A stretch of DNA of 63,364 nucleotides, filler included, from Octopus bimaculoides (GCF_001194135.2; 5 parts of 5 records of this genome joined end to end with filler, not necessarily neighbours in it); one strand, 5' to 3'. Positions 1 to 11,465 are shown, numbered from the whole stretch's first letter. Notes: generated by a model from the letters alone, not told the origin. A program made the numbers and translations.

Positions 1-419
1 ATAATATATGCATAGAAAATTTCATTAAAAAATATTCATTTTTCTGAAAGTTATGACCTTCCAAAGTCGGTGGGTACAGCTCTGTAGTTATGCCACATTG
101 ACGAACGTGAATCATTGTGTTTACTTGCACGTGTATACCTTTGCGAGAGTGAGAGAGGAAGAGGGGGAGATAGAGAACGAGAGCAATGTGTATGTTGTTG
201 TCACAGATTACGTATGTGTGGTCGTGTGTGTTTTTACATATCAATGTTATGAAAAATAGGTAAAGAATACTGAGAAGAAAGTTTAATCTATGACGTTGTA
301 TGTATCACTTTCTTTCTCTGTTGAGCGCGTGTGTAAGAACGCTGTCCCAGGTAGAAGGGAAGAAATATAAAAGTTGCTAGAAACAACAGCCAAATCTCCC
401 TTAAATCACACAAAGTAAA

Positions 420-574
420 CGGAATTTTAAAAATCTAATTACTGCACTGGAAAGTTCAGATCGAGAAAATTCCATTGACGTAAAAATTTTAACGAAAAAG
501 TGGAAAATGTGGATTTCTATAAACTTTTAAAAAGGCTTCACACAGACACACAACTTCAGCTTTATATATTAAGA
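420..574 (-). mobile_element. Possible Helitron/Helentron-like 5' end fragment
   Basis: Minus strand reads A|TCTTAATATATAAAGCTGAAGTTGTGTGTCTGTGTG, resembling the TC-start TCTATATATATAAA.. plus (GT/GTCT) tract of Helitron-like 5' ends. No 3' CTRR end identified. Confidence 0.3.
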
Positions 575-1252
575 TATATATATATATATATATATTCTGT
601 GTGAAACTTATACATGCACATATATATTTTCTGTGTCATACATATACATACATATATATATATGCACAAACACACACACATTTACATGCACACACAGAAA
701 TTATATATATATATATATAGCACAGTTTATTTATTCATTTGAAGCTGATGATTCGCTTCGCTGTTATTTGTGACGCCTGAATGAACAGGGAGCACTCTGG
801 TATAAATCAGCTCTCAAATGTGAGAGTGTGTGTGTTTGTATGTGCATGTATGTGTACGTGTGTGTACATGCATCCATGTATGTGTGTATGTTTCAATCAT
901 TGCATTGTGGCCATGCTACGTCTCCCCCTTCCAGGGTTTTTGTCAATTATATCAAACCCCTAGTTGTATTTTGTTAAGTACATATTTTCTTGATGTCATA
1001 AGGGTGGGGGGGAACAAATTCAACAGGGCATGCAGCTTTGGTGGAATGAAATACCAGAAGGTATTTTTGTTCATTGCACCAAATATTCCACTACATTCCT
1101 CAACACTATTGCCCCTGATCCCATTGTCGAGTTCTTTTACCATGGGGAGATGGAGAAATCCAATGTTTTGAAACTGATCATCTAAAAGACTGAGAACAAT
1201 TTTTCTAAACCCCCCCCCACTACCACCACCCGATGGAATACAGAAAAAAAAA

Positions 1253-1605
1253 AGTAGCTTGCTTCCCAACCACATGATTCCAGGTTCAGTTCCACTGTGT
1301 GGCACTTTGGGAAAGTGTCTTCTACTATAGCCTCGGGCCAACCAAAGCCTTGTGAGTGGATCTGGTTGATGGAAACAGAAAGAAGCCTGTCGTATATATC
1401 TGTGTGTGTGTGTGTGTGTGTGTGCCCCCAACATCGCTTGACAACTGATGCTGGTGTGTTTACGTCCCTGTAACTTAGCGGCTCAGCAAAAGAGACTGAT
1501 AGAATAAGCACTAGGTTTACAAAGAATAAGTCCTGGGGTCAATTTGCTTGACTAAAGGCGGTGCCCCAGCATGGCCGCAGTCAGATGACTGAAATAACTA
1601 AAAAA
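1253..1605 (+). mobile_element. tRNA-derived SINE, family A
   Basis: Head ..ggttcagttccactgtgtggcactttgggaaagtgtcttctactatagcctcgggc.., central (GT)n, tail ..ccagcatggccgcagtcagatgactgaaa; collinear with many other copies in the window. Confidence 0.85.
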
Positions 1606-2771
1606 AACAATAACACTTATCTAACCCTCACTCTCCCCGTTGCATATAGTTCTTGCCGATGAGACAGACAGCCGCAACAAGTTTCCACAGATTCTGGTAT
1701 TCCACTAACAGACAAACAGACAGACATACATTAACTAGTTTTCAACTCCAGTGATTTATAGCCAATTTCTTGTCAAATGATCTTAACAGAATTTTCCCTT
1801 GTTTACTTTTTTTTTTAACTTTCTTTTGTTTGTCTGGTTTTGTTTCTTCCTTGTTTTAATCTATATTCCACAGACTGTCATGACAGTTTGGAATTACATG
1901 GATTTTTCATTTCACCGTTGTCGTGTGTTTTTGTGGAGAGTTTTGCACATGGACGGAACATTTAGCTTCTATCGGTCAAAGAAACCATTGTCTAAGTAGA
2001 TGAGCTTAGATATAAGCTGACTTTACATCAATCATAATTTTTTAGGAATTTTAGAGTTTATGCTTCATTTTGTTGTTTATTTCACCAGATTTTCCTTTTT
2101 TCCTCTTTTCTCCCCCAGTTTTTATATTCACTCTTGACAAAAAGAGATTTCTACAGCAGCTGTTACCATTGTTGTTAAATAATATTTCAGTGGTCAAGTA
2201 CTAAACAGAAGTGGTTAAGCGTCGGACAAAAGGCTTCATAGTACTTAGAATAATGGCAATTTCATTATGAGTTTCAATGACGCTGAAGTCAACTTTACTT
2301 TCCATTGTGGTTTCATTTTCGCTTTTTCATTCCAGGCTCAATAAAACAAGTACTAAGTACCAGTCAAGTACTGCAATTCATCTGAACAACAACTATACCC
2401 ACCATACAAAATCTGAAGCCTTCGCTTTATTTCAGTGAGCGAGGCTTTATGAGTTTGTCCAGTTTGATAATAAACATCAGTTTCTGTAAAAAGACACACA
2501 ACTTGCTCTACCCATTACAGCAATGGTTTTCTACCAAGGTCCATATGGCCCCAGGGGGTCAATACAAGATTTTACTGTTAAATTTATGTGCAATAGACTG
2601 GTTATATTTCTATACTGGACAAAATATTTTAATTTTTTATACAGCTGTTTCCAACAAATTTCTTAATTGATTAATGAATACGTTATATCATTATAAAAAC
2701 CTGTTTTCTTGAGATGAATACACAAATTATACAATTAAGTATATTTCAAATAATATTTAAAATGATAGAGA

Positions 2772-3079
2772 TCCCCTTTGGTCATGAATGACCATGGGAT
2801 TGCACTTAGAAAGTTCCCCTCTGAGGTACAAATTCAGGCATATTTGTTTATGGAAGAACATCAGTCATTCATGCATACCAGACTCCCCTCTCTCCACGCC
2901 GCCGATGTTATCCAAGGGAAAGCCAAAGGCTGATACAGCTTGGCACCAGTGACGTCACAACTCATTTCTAAGTCTGAGTGAACTGGAGCAACATGAAATA
3001 AAGTATCTTGCTCAAGAACAAAACACACAGCCCAATCTTGGAATCGAACTCTCTAACCACTGAGCAATGTACCTTCACT
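2772..3079 (-). mobile_element. tRNA-derived SINE (core ttgagcaagatactttatttcatgttgctccagttcactcag) with a distinct tail
   Basis: Reverse complement gives a tRNA-like head (cagtggttagagagttcgattcc), the same core as 4156-4360 and 55982-56305, then a different 3' segment. Confidence 0.75.
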
Positions 3080-3087
3080 CATAACAT

Positions 3088-3315
3088 TTAACCCTTTAGT
3101 AGTTAAGCCAGCCATGTCTCGACAAAATATTTTGCCTGCTTTATGCTCAAGCTATCCAGATCTGGCCTCTCTCACCTACCCTACAATGTCATTCTAAAAA
3201 TGAACAATCACATCATTGAAATCGCAACGCAACAAGATAACACATGATTAATTCAAAATAATTTGAATAAACAAGCATTACATTTGAAAGTATAATCCGA
3301 ATGTTAAAGGGTTAA
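3088..3315. mobile_element. piggyBac-type MITE
   Basis: TTAA|CCCTTTAG.. at 3088-3099 and ..TAAAGGG|TTAA at 3305-3315; TTAA duplication with CCC..GGG termini; 220 bp non-coding interior. Confidence 0.75.
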
Positions 3316-3877
3316 TTATGGAAATAGGATTTTTTTAAACCTCTTATGGCTATGAAGGACTAGTAGAATAAAACAGAAATGAAAGGGACCCATGGATGAA
3401 AAACTGGTTGAGGACCAATGCATTACAGGGTTTGATCTCACAACCACAGGTTAACAAAGCATTTATCAGCAACACAGAACCACTGACAGCCAGCCACTGC
3501 ACTACTCCCTCCCTCCCTCCCTCCCTCCTTCTCTCACTCACACACACACACATGTACGCACTCACACACNNNNNNNNNNNNNNNNNNNNNNNNNNNNNNN
3601 NNNNNNNNNNNNNNNNNNNNNNNNNNNNNNNNNNNNNNNNNNNNNNNNNNNNNNNNNNNNNNNNNNNNNNNNNNNNNNNNNNNNNNNNNNNNNNNNNNNN
3701 NNNNNNNNNNNNNNNNNNNNNNNNNNNNNNNNNNNNNNNNNNNNNNNNNNNNNNNNNNNNNNNNNNNNNNNNNNNNNNNNNNNNNNNNNNNNNNNNNNNN
3801 NNNNNNNNNNNNNNNNNNNNNNNNNNNNNNNNNNNNNNNNNNNNNNNNNNNNNNNNNNNCCTTAACATAGAAATCAG

Positions 3878-4155
3878 CAGGGACGTGGAGTTGAAGTCAG
3901 AGTCGGAAACAATTAAGGGGTAGCTGGAGTCAGAGTCGGTAAAACTATACCGACTCTGATTCTGACTCACAATGTCTTTATTCTTTAATATAAACCAATT
4001 ATAACATATAGGCCTACTCAAAGTACAAACGTATGCATATGCTTTATGAGATATGCAGACCACAATCACTTGATTACATAAAGAGGAATCAGAGTCAGAG
4101 GTGCCAATAGTAGAGGAGTCAGAGTCAAAGATTTTGTCTCGCCTCCACAGCCCTG
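3878..4155. mobile_element. CAGGG-terminated MITE (hAT-like) with GAGTC(G/A) subterminal repeats
   Basis: Left end CAGGGACGTGGAGT, right end CTCCACAGCCCTG (reverse complement CAGGGCTGTGGAG); many gagtcagagtcgg/gactctgattctgactc motifs inside. Confidence 0.7.
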
Positions 4156-4360
4156 GTTCTCGGGGAGATTCAGTGTGACACAGAATGTGACACGGCTGAC
4201 CCTTTGAATTACAGGTACAACTCATTTGTGCCAGCTAAGTGGAGTGCAACAACATGAAATGAAGTGTCTTGCTCAAAGACACAACACAGTGTCGGGAATT
4301 GAACTCACGACCTTATGATTGTCAGTTAATTAACCTAACCTCTAAGCCACGTTCCCTCAA
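4156..4360 (-). mobile_element. tRNA-derived SINE (family C-type tail), interrupted by the MITE at 3878-4155
   Basis: Matches 55982-56305 in reverse (cctgtaattcaaagg, cacattctgtgtcac, ctgaatctccccgagaac); continuation ctatgttaagg appears on the far side of the MITE (3860-3870). Confidence 0.75.
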
Positions 4361-4999
4361 AATTAACTGAAAGAAAGAGTAGTGTACTTTAACAAAAACA
4401 TGGTGGCAAAAGGGTCCAGATTCTAAGAATACGAATGAAGGAATAAACCAAACTGTGAAGTTCATGCTAATAACCATAAATGAAATATAAATGTTCTTTC
4501 GAAGACCATCATGCCTTGAACGGAAAATATTTGTACATCAACATCATTTAACAATCACAGAGAGATTGTTGAGGTAAACTTTCTCTGGACAGACATATTT
4601 TCATGGAAGGCTGGAAAAAAATAACAGCATCTCTTGCATGACAGAGATGATGGATTGTTGTAAAGTTGGTTCCTCCCACTGGTGTGATGTGACTGCCATT
4701 GTACTGTAGCTGCTGTTTTTACACTAGTAGCCACAATAGTTACTAGTCATTGCATACCATTGTATCTCTTCATACCAGAATAGCAATTCACTAACTACTT
4801 CTGTCTTACTATCACTGGTAGCTCTACAAGACACCGAGTAGAACTGTCGGCTCTCAACTCTCTCTTGATGACTGGCTACTTGTCTATTTATAATGGTTGG
4901 CGCCAACCACTTTTTACTGGGAAGGGTGTACTGTTTCACTATACAATATGGATGCTTGTTTAGACCCATCACAAAATGTCAAGACATGAGGAAACAAAC

Positions 5000-5499
5000 T
5001 CGCTCACACTCATGTATAACTGTGGAGGGAACCTGTGGAAGGGGCAGACCCAGGAAGTCATGGGATGAGGTGGTGAAGCATGATCTTCAAATGTTGGACC
5101 TCAAAGAAGCAATGACAAGTGACCAAGAAGACCCTTGAAACCAAGTGAAATCATAGTCATGGCACCCATGCTGGTGGCACGTAAAAAGCACTCTTGGAAC
5201 ATTGGGCCTCATGGAGGTGATAAGGGACTGAGACCTTTGGCATTATGCCATGTTTGAGAAAACCCATCAAGCGAAGTGAAATTGTAGTCACAGCCAATGC
5301 CAGTGTCACATAATAGTCACCTGTGCTGGTGGCACGTAAAAGGCACCCACTACACTCTTGAAATGGTTAAGGTTAAGAATGGCGTCCAGCCATTGGAACC
5401 ACTGGAATCATGCCAAATCAGATTAGAACCTGGTGCAGCCCTCCAGCTTTCCAACTTCAAATTGTCTAAACCCATGCCAGCATGGAAAGTAGATGCTAA

Positions 5500-5552
<53 letters not shown>
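5000..5552 (+). mobile_element. RTE LINE 3' end with long 3' UTR and (GAT)n tail (family D)
   Basis: Translates as TVEGTCGRGRPRKSWDEVVKHDLQML (RTE RT C-terminal GRPRK.W motif), then a UTR ending aaacccatgccagcatggaaagtagatgctaaa(tga)n. Confidence 0.8.
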
Positions 5553-5565
5553 ACACACACACACA

Positions 5566-6039
5566 ATGAGCTTTGGTCAGCTCAAAGCCATAATAGAAGA
5601 TGCTTGGTCAAGATACCATACAGTGGGTCTGAACCAGAGACCATATGATTGGGAAGCAAACTGCCCAACCACAAAGCCACACCTCTGCATCACATGGTTC
5701 TAGGTTCAATCCCACTGTGTAGCACTGAGGGTTGATGTCTTCTACTACAGCCCCAGAGCCAACCAAACCCTTTTAAATGAATTTGGTAGATGGATACTGA
5801 AAAAACAATCTGACACATGTATGCATGTGTGTGTGTCCTTTTGTTTGCCCCCCCCCCACCATCACTTGACAACCCATGTTGGTTTGTTTACATCCCCTGT
5901 AGGTTAGCAGTTCAGTGGAAAGTGACTGACAGAGTAAGCACCAGACCTAAGAATGAATAATTACCAAGGATCAACTTGTTCAACTAAATCTTACAAGGCA
6001 GTGCCCCAGCATGGCCACAGTCGAATGAATGAAACAAAA
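5566..6039. mobile_element. Two family A SINE pieces head to head (- 5566-5690, + 5683-6039)
   Basis: Reverse-complement head (gggtctgaaccagagaccatatgattgggaagc) abuts a forward copy ending ccagcatggccacagtcgaatgaatgaaac. Confidence 0.7.
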
Positions 6040-6071
6040 ATTATATATGTACAGATAATACATCGATAATA

Positions 6072-6445
6072 CTGTGGTAAGAAGCTTGCTTCCCAACCAC
6101 ATGGCTCCGGTTTCAGTTCCACTGAGAGTCACCTTGGGCAAGTGTCTTCTCCTATAGCCTCAGGCCAACCAAAGCCGTCTGAGTGGATTTGGTAGACAGA
6201 AACTGAGAGAAGCCCGTTGTGTATATGTGTGTGTGTATGCATGTCTGTGTTTGTCCCCACCCACCATTGCTCAACAAGTTATGTTGGTGTGTTTACGTCG
6301 CTGTAACTTAGCAGTTCAGCAAAAAGTGCCCGATAGAATAAGTATCAGGCTTACAAAGAATAAGTCCTGGGGTCAATTCGTTCAATTAAAAGGCGGTACT
6401 CCAGCACGGCCACAGTCAAATGACTGACAAGTAAAAGAATAAAAG
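6072..6445 (+). mobile_element. SINE family A, near full length
   Basis: ctgtggtaagaagcttgcttcccaaccacatgg.. through ..gtcaaatgactgacaagtaaaagaataaaag. Confidence 0.85.
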
Positions 6446-6446
6446 A

Positions 6447-6447
6447 A

Positions 6448-6521
<74 letters not shown>

Positions 6522-7005
6522 TATACATATATTTATATACAAATACATATATATATATATATATATACTGACACATACATACACACATACATACACAAAA
6601 ATATATGCAAACATACACATACATACATACACACACACACATATACATATACGCACATATATATATAGTACCATAATTAGCATGACAATGTCAACATTGC
6701 TTATCTTCCAAATCTCTGTAGTATTATTCTTTGGCGCTGAATAATGGCACCCACCCATACAGTGTCAGGAGAAGAGAAACACTTCTTCTTCAGGGTTTCA
6801 GTAGAATTGGTAAAGCTGCTGCTAATGTTAAAGAACATCTGATGTCAGTCAAGCATGTGGGAGTGTATGTGTGTGTGTATTAAATATACACACATACATA
6901 TATATATATATATATACATACACAAAAATATGCATAAATACACGCATTCATACACACATTCATAAATACAAAGATATACACACACACATTTATTTATTTA
7001 TATAT

Positions 7006-7041
<36 letters not shown>

Positions 7042-7215
7042 TATGCATACACACATACATATATACACACATACACATGTATACACATACATACATACAC
7101 ACAACATACACATATACATACACGATATACACACACACATTCACATATATATTTATATACACAAATACATACACATCACACATACACACACAGACATGTA
7201 CACACACACACATGT
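6447..7215. repeat. Compound (TA)n/(CA)n/(TACA)n microsatellite field
   Basis: Directly visible; source of the YIYI/THTH pseudo-ORFs. Confidence 0.95.
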
Positions 7216-7635
7216 ACTTCTCAGTTGGAATGAATACATGCTCGGCATGAAAGTCTATTCATTGTAATTTGTGATAAACACTATCCGCCAACGTCCATGC
7301 CATAACAATCAACCTTCTTAAGTAGCTGCTTGTTCTTCTGATTACATTCATAAAAGAAACGGTTTTGTTCAAGAACAGACCAACATTCGTCTCAAACTTG
7401 GATTCACGCTACAGAGAACCATCACAGACATGACTAACCATGACATTGGAGAAAAAAGGAAAATCGCAAAAGAAAACAATATAGCAAAAATAAACCGAGT
7501 TAAATTATTCCATCACAAAATAATTATACCAAGAAGCAAAACAGGCATCTGTGTATCATACTAAATGTATATGCACAGAAGAAAGGCATGCTACTGTGGT
7601 TATGCCTGAGAGAAAATCTCTTCATAGGTAGGTAT

Positions 7636-7832
7636 TCATCAACTGATGCAGCCAGTCATTGGGGTGCCACTCTGGATGCTTTCATAGTCAGCTGTCACCA
7701 CTGGTTTCTGTTCTCTGTCATGTGTAACAGGTTTGCTGTGTTGTTACATGTCCAGTCCTCGATGTTGCCAAATCAGGATTTTTTTTCTGTCTACCTTTCC
7801 ATTGCCCTCCCTCAACTGTTCCCTGAAGATTC
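7636..7832 (-). mobile_element. RTE LINE RT C-terminus/3' end (degenerate)
   Basis: Minus strand reads NLQGTVEGGQWKGRQKK..[fs]..GNIEDWTC, matching the RTE LQGTVEG.RRRGRQRK.W..NIKEWT pattern. Confidence 0.75.
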
Positions 7833-7844
7833 ACCTTAGTTTCC

Positions 7845-8275
7845 ACAGCCATATCGAAGCTGAACAACATATGGAAAAGAAATTCCATTAGCTTTTCGAA
7901 TAAGACTCTGATGGCTTCAATCCTTCTGTCTGGGTGTGAGAACTGGACTCTTACAGCTGACATAGAGTAAAGAATCCAGGCATTGGAGCAGAAATGCTTC
8001 AGAAGACTACCACGCATCCCACACATAGAGCAGGAAACAAACAGGATTGTCAGACAGCAACACAACCAGATACAGTGACAGACAGGAACCACTCCTTGCA
8101 CAGGTAAAAAGATGAAACATAGGTATTAAGGACACGAAATATATCAGAGCGAAACAAACTTTATCATAGCAGAGGCCTAGGGGAAGCATTATATTCACTT
8201 CAACCTCCTTCGTTTCAGACATGCGACGGAATGAGAACACGTCACTGACAAAATGCAGTATAGTCCTTCAGACAC
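7845..8275 (+). mobile_element. RTE LINE RT segment (degenerate), opposite orientation to 7636-7832
   Basis: Plus strand reads TAISKLNNIWKRNSISFSNKTLMASILLSGCENWTLTADIE*RIQALEQKCFRRL...QEPLLAQVKR...FRHAT...IVLQ, matching RTE SILLYGCETWTL..RIQAFE.KC.RRL. Confidence 0.8.
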
Positions 8276-8423
8276 CTAAAACAGATGGATTGGTCATGGT
8301 TGACTGGCATACCTTTGATCATAGGTCTGTGTGATCAACAGAGCAAAACAACAACATAAATATACTTTGCTTTTACATTTTTTTTTTTTTTTTTTCCTTT
8401 TTGTATTTCTGCAAACTCATAGG

Positions 8424-8664
8424 TGCAGGAGTGGCTGTGTGGTAAGTAGCTTGCTTACCAACCACATGGTTCCAGGTTCAGTCCCACTGCGTGGCACCTT
8501 GGGCAAGTGTCTTCTACTATAGCCTCGGGCCGACCAAAGCCTTTTGAGTGGATTTGGTAGATGGAAACTGAAAGAAGCCCGTTGTATATATGTATATATA
8601 TATATGTGTGTGTGTATGTTTGTGTGTCTGTGTTTGTCCCCCCACCATCGCTTGACAACCAATG
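8424..8664 (+). mobile_element. SINE family A, cut off by an assembly gap
   Basis: gtggctgtgtggtaagtagcttgcttaccaaccacatggttccaggttcagtcccactgcgtggcaccttgggcaagtg.. Confidence 0.85.
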
Positions 8665-9304
8665 NNNNNNNNNNNNNNNNNNNNNNNNNNNNNNNNNNNN
8701 NNNNNNNNNNNNNNNNNNNNNNNNNNNNNNNNNNNNNNNNNNNNNNNNNNNNNNNNNNNNNNNNNNNNNNNNNNNNNNNNNNNNNNNNNNNNNNNNNNNN
8801 NNNNNNNNNNNNNNNNNNNNNNNNNNNNNNNNNNNNNNNNNNNNNNNNNNNNNNNNNNNNNNNNNNNNNNNNNNNNNNNNNNNNNNNNNNNNNNNNNNNN
8901 NNNNNNNNNNNNNNNNNNNNNNNNNNNNNNNNNNNNNNNNNNNNNNNNNNNNNNNNNNNNNNNNNNNNNNNNNNNNNNNNNNNNNNNNNNNNNNNNNNNN
9001 NNNNNNNNNNNNNNNNNNNNNNNNNNNNNNNNNNNNNNNNNNNNNNNNNNNNNNNNNNNNNNNNNNNNNNNNNNNNNNNNNNNNNNNNNNNNNNNNNNNN
9101 NNNNNNNNNNNNNNNNNNNNNNNNNNNNNNNNNNNNNNNNNNNNNNNNNNNNNNNNNNNNNNNNNNNNNNNNNNNNNNNNNNNNNNNNNNNNNNNNNNNN
9201 NNNNNNNNNNNNNNNNNNNNNNNNNTAACATATCTTTGTGATGTCGTTACTTATCTGACACCATGGTGACAAATAAAAGAAATTATTATTATTATTATTA
9301 CTAT

Positions 9305-9480
9305 TAGTAATAATAGTAGTATTACGTCCTGAGTTCAAATCCCGCCAAGGTCAGCTTTGCCTTCCATCCTTTCGGGGTCAATTAAATATGTACCAGTTAC
9401 ACACTGGGGTCGATGTAATTGACTTAATCCCTTCCCCAAAATCCGAGGCCCTGTGCTTTCAGTAGACAGGATTATCACTG
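9305..9480 (+). mobile_element. SINE family B fragment (Nin/Deu-like core)
   Basis: gagttcaaatcccgccaaggtcagctttgccttccatcctttcggggtcaattaaatatgtaccagt.., preceded by (ATT)n. Confidence 0.8.
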
Positions 9481-9575
9481 TTATTAAGAAGGCAGCATGC
9501 TGGCATAATTATTGGCATGCCAAACAAAATCCTTAATAGCATTTCTTCTGTTCTTATATCAGCTATATATAAACG

Positions 9576-9957
9576 TGGAGGTGCAATGGCCCAGTGGTTA
9601 GGGCAGCAGACTCGTGGTCATAGGATCACGGTTTCGATTCCCAAACCGGGCATTGTGAGTGTTTATTGAGTGAAAACACCTAAAGCTCCATGGGCTCCGG
9701 CAGGGGATGGTGGTGAACTCTGCTGTACCCTTTCACCACAACTTTTTCTCACTCTTACTTCCTGTTTCTGTTGTGCCTGTAATTCAAAGAGCCAGCCTTG
9801 TCACACTGTGTCATGCTGAATATCCCCGAGAACTACATTAAGGGTACACGTGTCTGTGGAGTGCTCAGCCACTTGCACGTTAATTTCACGAGCAAGCTGT
9901 TCCGTTGATCGGATCAACTGGAACCCTCGTCGTCATAAGCGACGGAGTGCCAACAAC
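9576..9957 (+). mobile_element. SINE family C, full length
   Basis: tRNA-like head ggaggtgcaatggcccagtggttagggcagcagactc..ggtttcgattccc; tail ..gctgttccgttgatcggatcaactggaaccctcgtcgtc..gacggagtgccaacaac. Confidence 0.85.
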
Positions 9958-10010
9958 ATATATAAACAGGGCTAAGCTGTTTCTCCATTTGATTGATAAA
10001 AGGAAGAACA

Positions 10011-10053
10011 ACCTTAATCAATTTTGGAACCTTACTGGATTCTCATCAGAGGT
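10011..10053 (-). ncRNA. Minimal type-I hammerhead ribozyme motif (G12 mutated to A)
   Basis: Minus strand ACCT-CTGATGA-GAATCC AGTA AGGTTCC-AAAA-TTGAT-TA-AGGT: stem I ACCT/AGGT, stem II GAATC/GGTTC, core CUGAUGA; GAAA reads AAAA; stem III imperfect. Confidence 0.6.
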
Positions 10054-10316
10054 CTTTACATCTGTTTCACCAATCCCAGAGAAACAAGCAGCCAGTCTGT
10101 TTATATCCTCAACAATTATAGTAGGTATAGAATACTGGAGCTACTAATTTGCATATCATAAGTGTTAACACTTTATTTTTAAATATCAGGGGCCTGTCAA
10201 CAGGGATCTCCTTCCATACAGTTTCGAGGGATGATATAATTTATGAAACCCTTAGAGTACCTCTATAAGCAGGGCTAACTTAGTTGTTTCTCCATAGATT
10301 GAAAAAATGATGAACA

Positions 10317-10359
10317 ATCTTAATTGAATTTCAAATCTTATTAGATTTTCATCAGAGAC
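10317..10359 (-). ncRNA. Minimal type-I hammerhead ribozyme motif
   Basis: Minus strand GTCT-CTGATGA-AAATCT AATA AGATTT-GAAA-TTCAAT-TA-AGAT: intact CUGAUGA/GAAA/UH core, perfect 6-bp stem II, stem I GTCT/AGAT; stem III imperfect. Confidence 0.7.
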
Positions 10360-10434
10360 ATCTACATCCGTTTCACCAATTTCAGAGAAACAGGCAGCCC
10401 AGTCTGTTTATATACTCAACAGTTACGGTAGCTC

Positions 10435-10570
10435 TGAGTCCAAACGCCGTCATGGTTGACTCTACTTTTTATCCTTTTGAGGTCAATGAAATAAGCACCA
10501 GTTTTGCTCCAGGGTTAATTTTCACACAAAATTTCAGGCCTTGTGCCTTTTATGGAAAGGATTGTTATAA
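10435..10570 (+). mobile_element. SINE family B fragment (degenerate)
   Basis: gttgactctactttttatccttttgaggtcaatgaaataagcaccag..aaaatttcaggccttgtgcc. Confidence 0.65.
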
Positions 10571-11077
10571 ACTAGAGAAACTCGACTTAGAGGGTGGGAC
10601 AAAGATTACATCACTGTACTCCCTTAACCATTAACGTCTGACACGAAACAAATGGTCAGCAGCAAATCTTAACATAGAATTCCAAAGTGAAACCACTTGA
10701 GACCAAAAACTCGGCTTTAACATTCCTCAGAAACACAAACCAGCTTCCTTCAACGAACCAGATTTTAATTATCAATTCATTAAGATTAGCTGAGACAGTT
10801 GACACATATCGCCTGTGGTTCAGCCTTTGTTTTCTGACGCAGACAAAAAAGTTTTTTTAGCTTTATTTTTCAATTTATTTTTTATATTTTATTTTGCTTG
10901 TTTCGTCCTCTTTTACTTCCTTGACTTAGAAAAAGAAACAAAAAACGGTACACTGAAATTTGGCTATCTTTTGTTACCATCTTTTGTTACCATCAGCCCA
11001 TGCGCTGCGCTGTGGCATTTATTCAGACAGTTCCACACACACATATATTAGGTTATCAGATAAATTTTCTCTTTTGT

Positions 11078-11465
11078 ATATTATATATTTCCAGTCACTA
11101 GAGTGTGGCCATGCTGGAGCACCACCTTCAAGAATTTTAATCCAAAGTATCGACCCCAGTACTTTTTTTTTTCTTTCTGAACCATGTATTTATTCTGATG
11201 AACTCTTTTGCCAAACTGCTACGTTATGGGGACGGAAACAAACCAACACCGGCTGTCAAACGGTAGTGAGGACAAACACAAAAACAAAGACCCACACACA
11301 AATACATGATGGGCTTCTTGCAGTTTCCATCTACCAAATCCACTCACAAGGCTTTAGTCAGCCCAAGGCTATAGCAAAAATCACTTGCCCACAGTGCCAC
11401 ACACACACACTGCACTTGAACCCAGAACCATGTGGTTGGGAAGCAAACTTCTTAGCACACACCTA
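11078..11465 (-). mobile_element. SINE family A
   Basis: Reverse complement of the family A consensus from tail (gtggccatgctggagcaccacc) to head (aaccatgtggttgggaagc). Confidence 0.8.

Noticed and set aside
9576-9650. tRNA-like heads of SINE families (also 49343, 55982, 8424) as functional tRNA genes
   Set aside because: They have A/B-box-like motifs but no closing acceptor stem, and they continue directly into SINE bodies.
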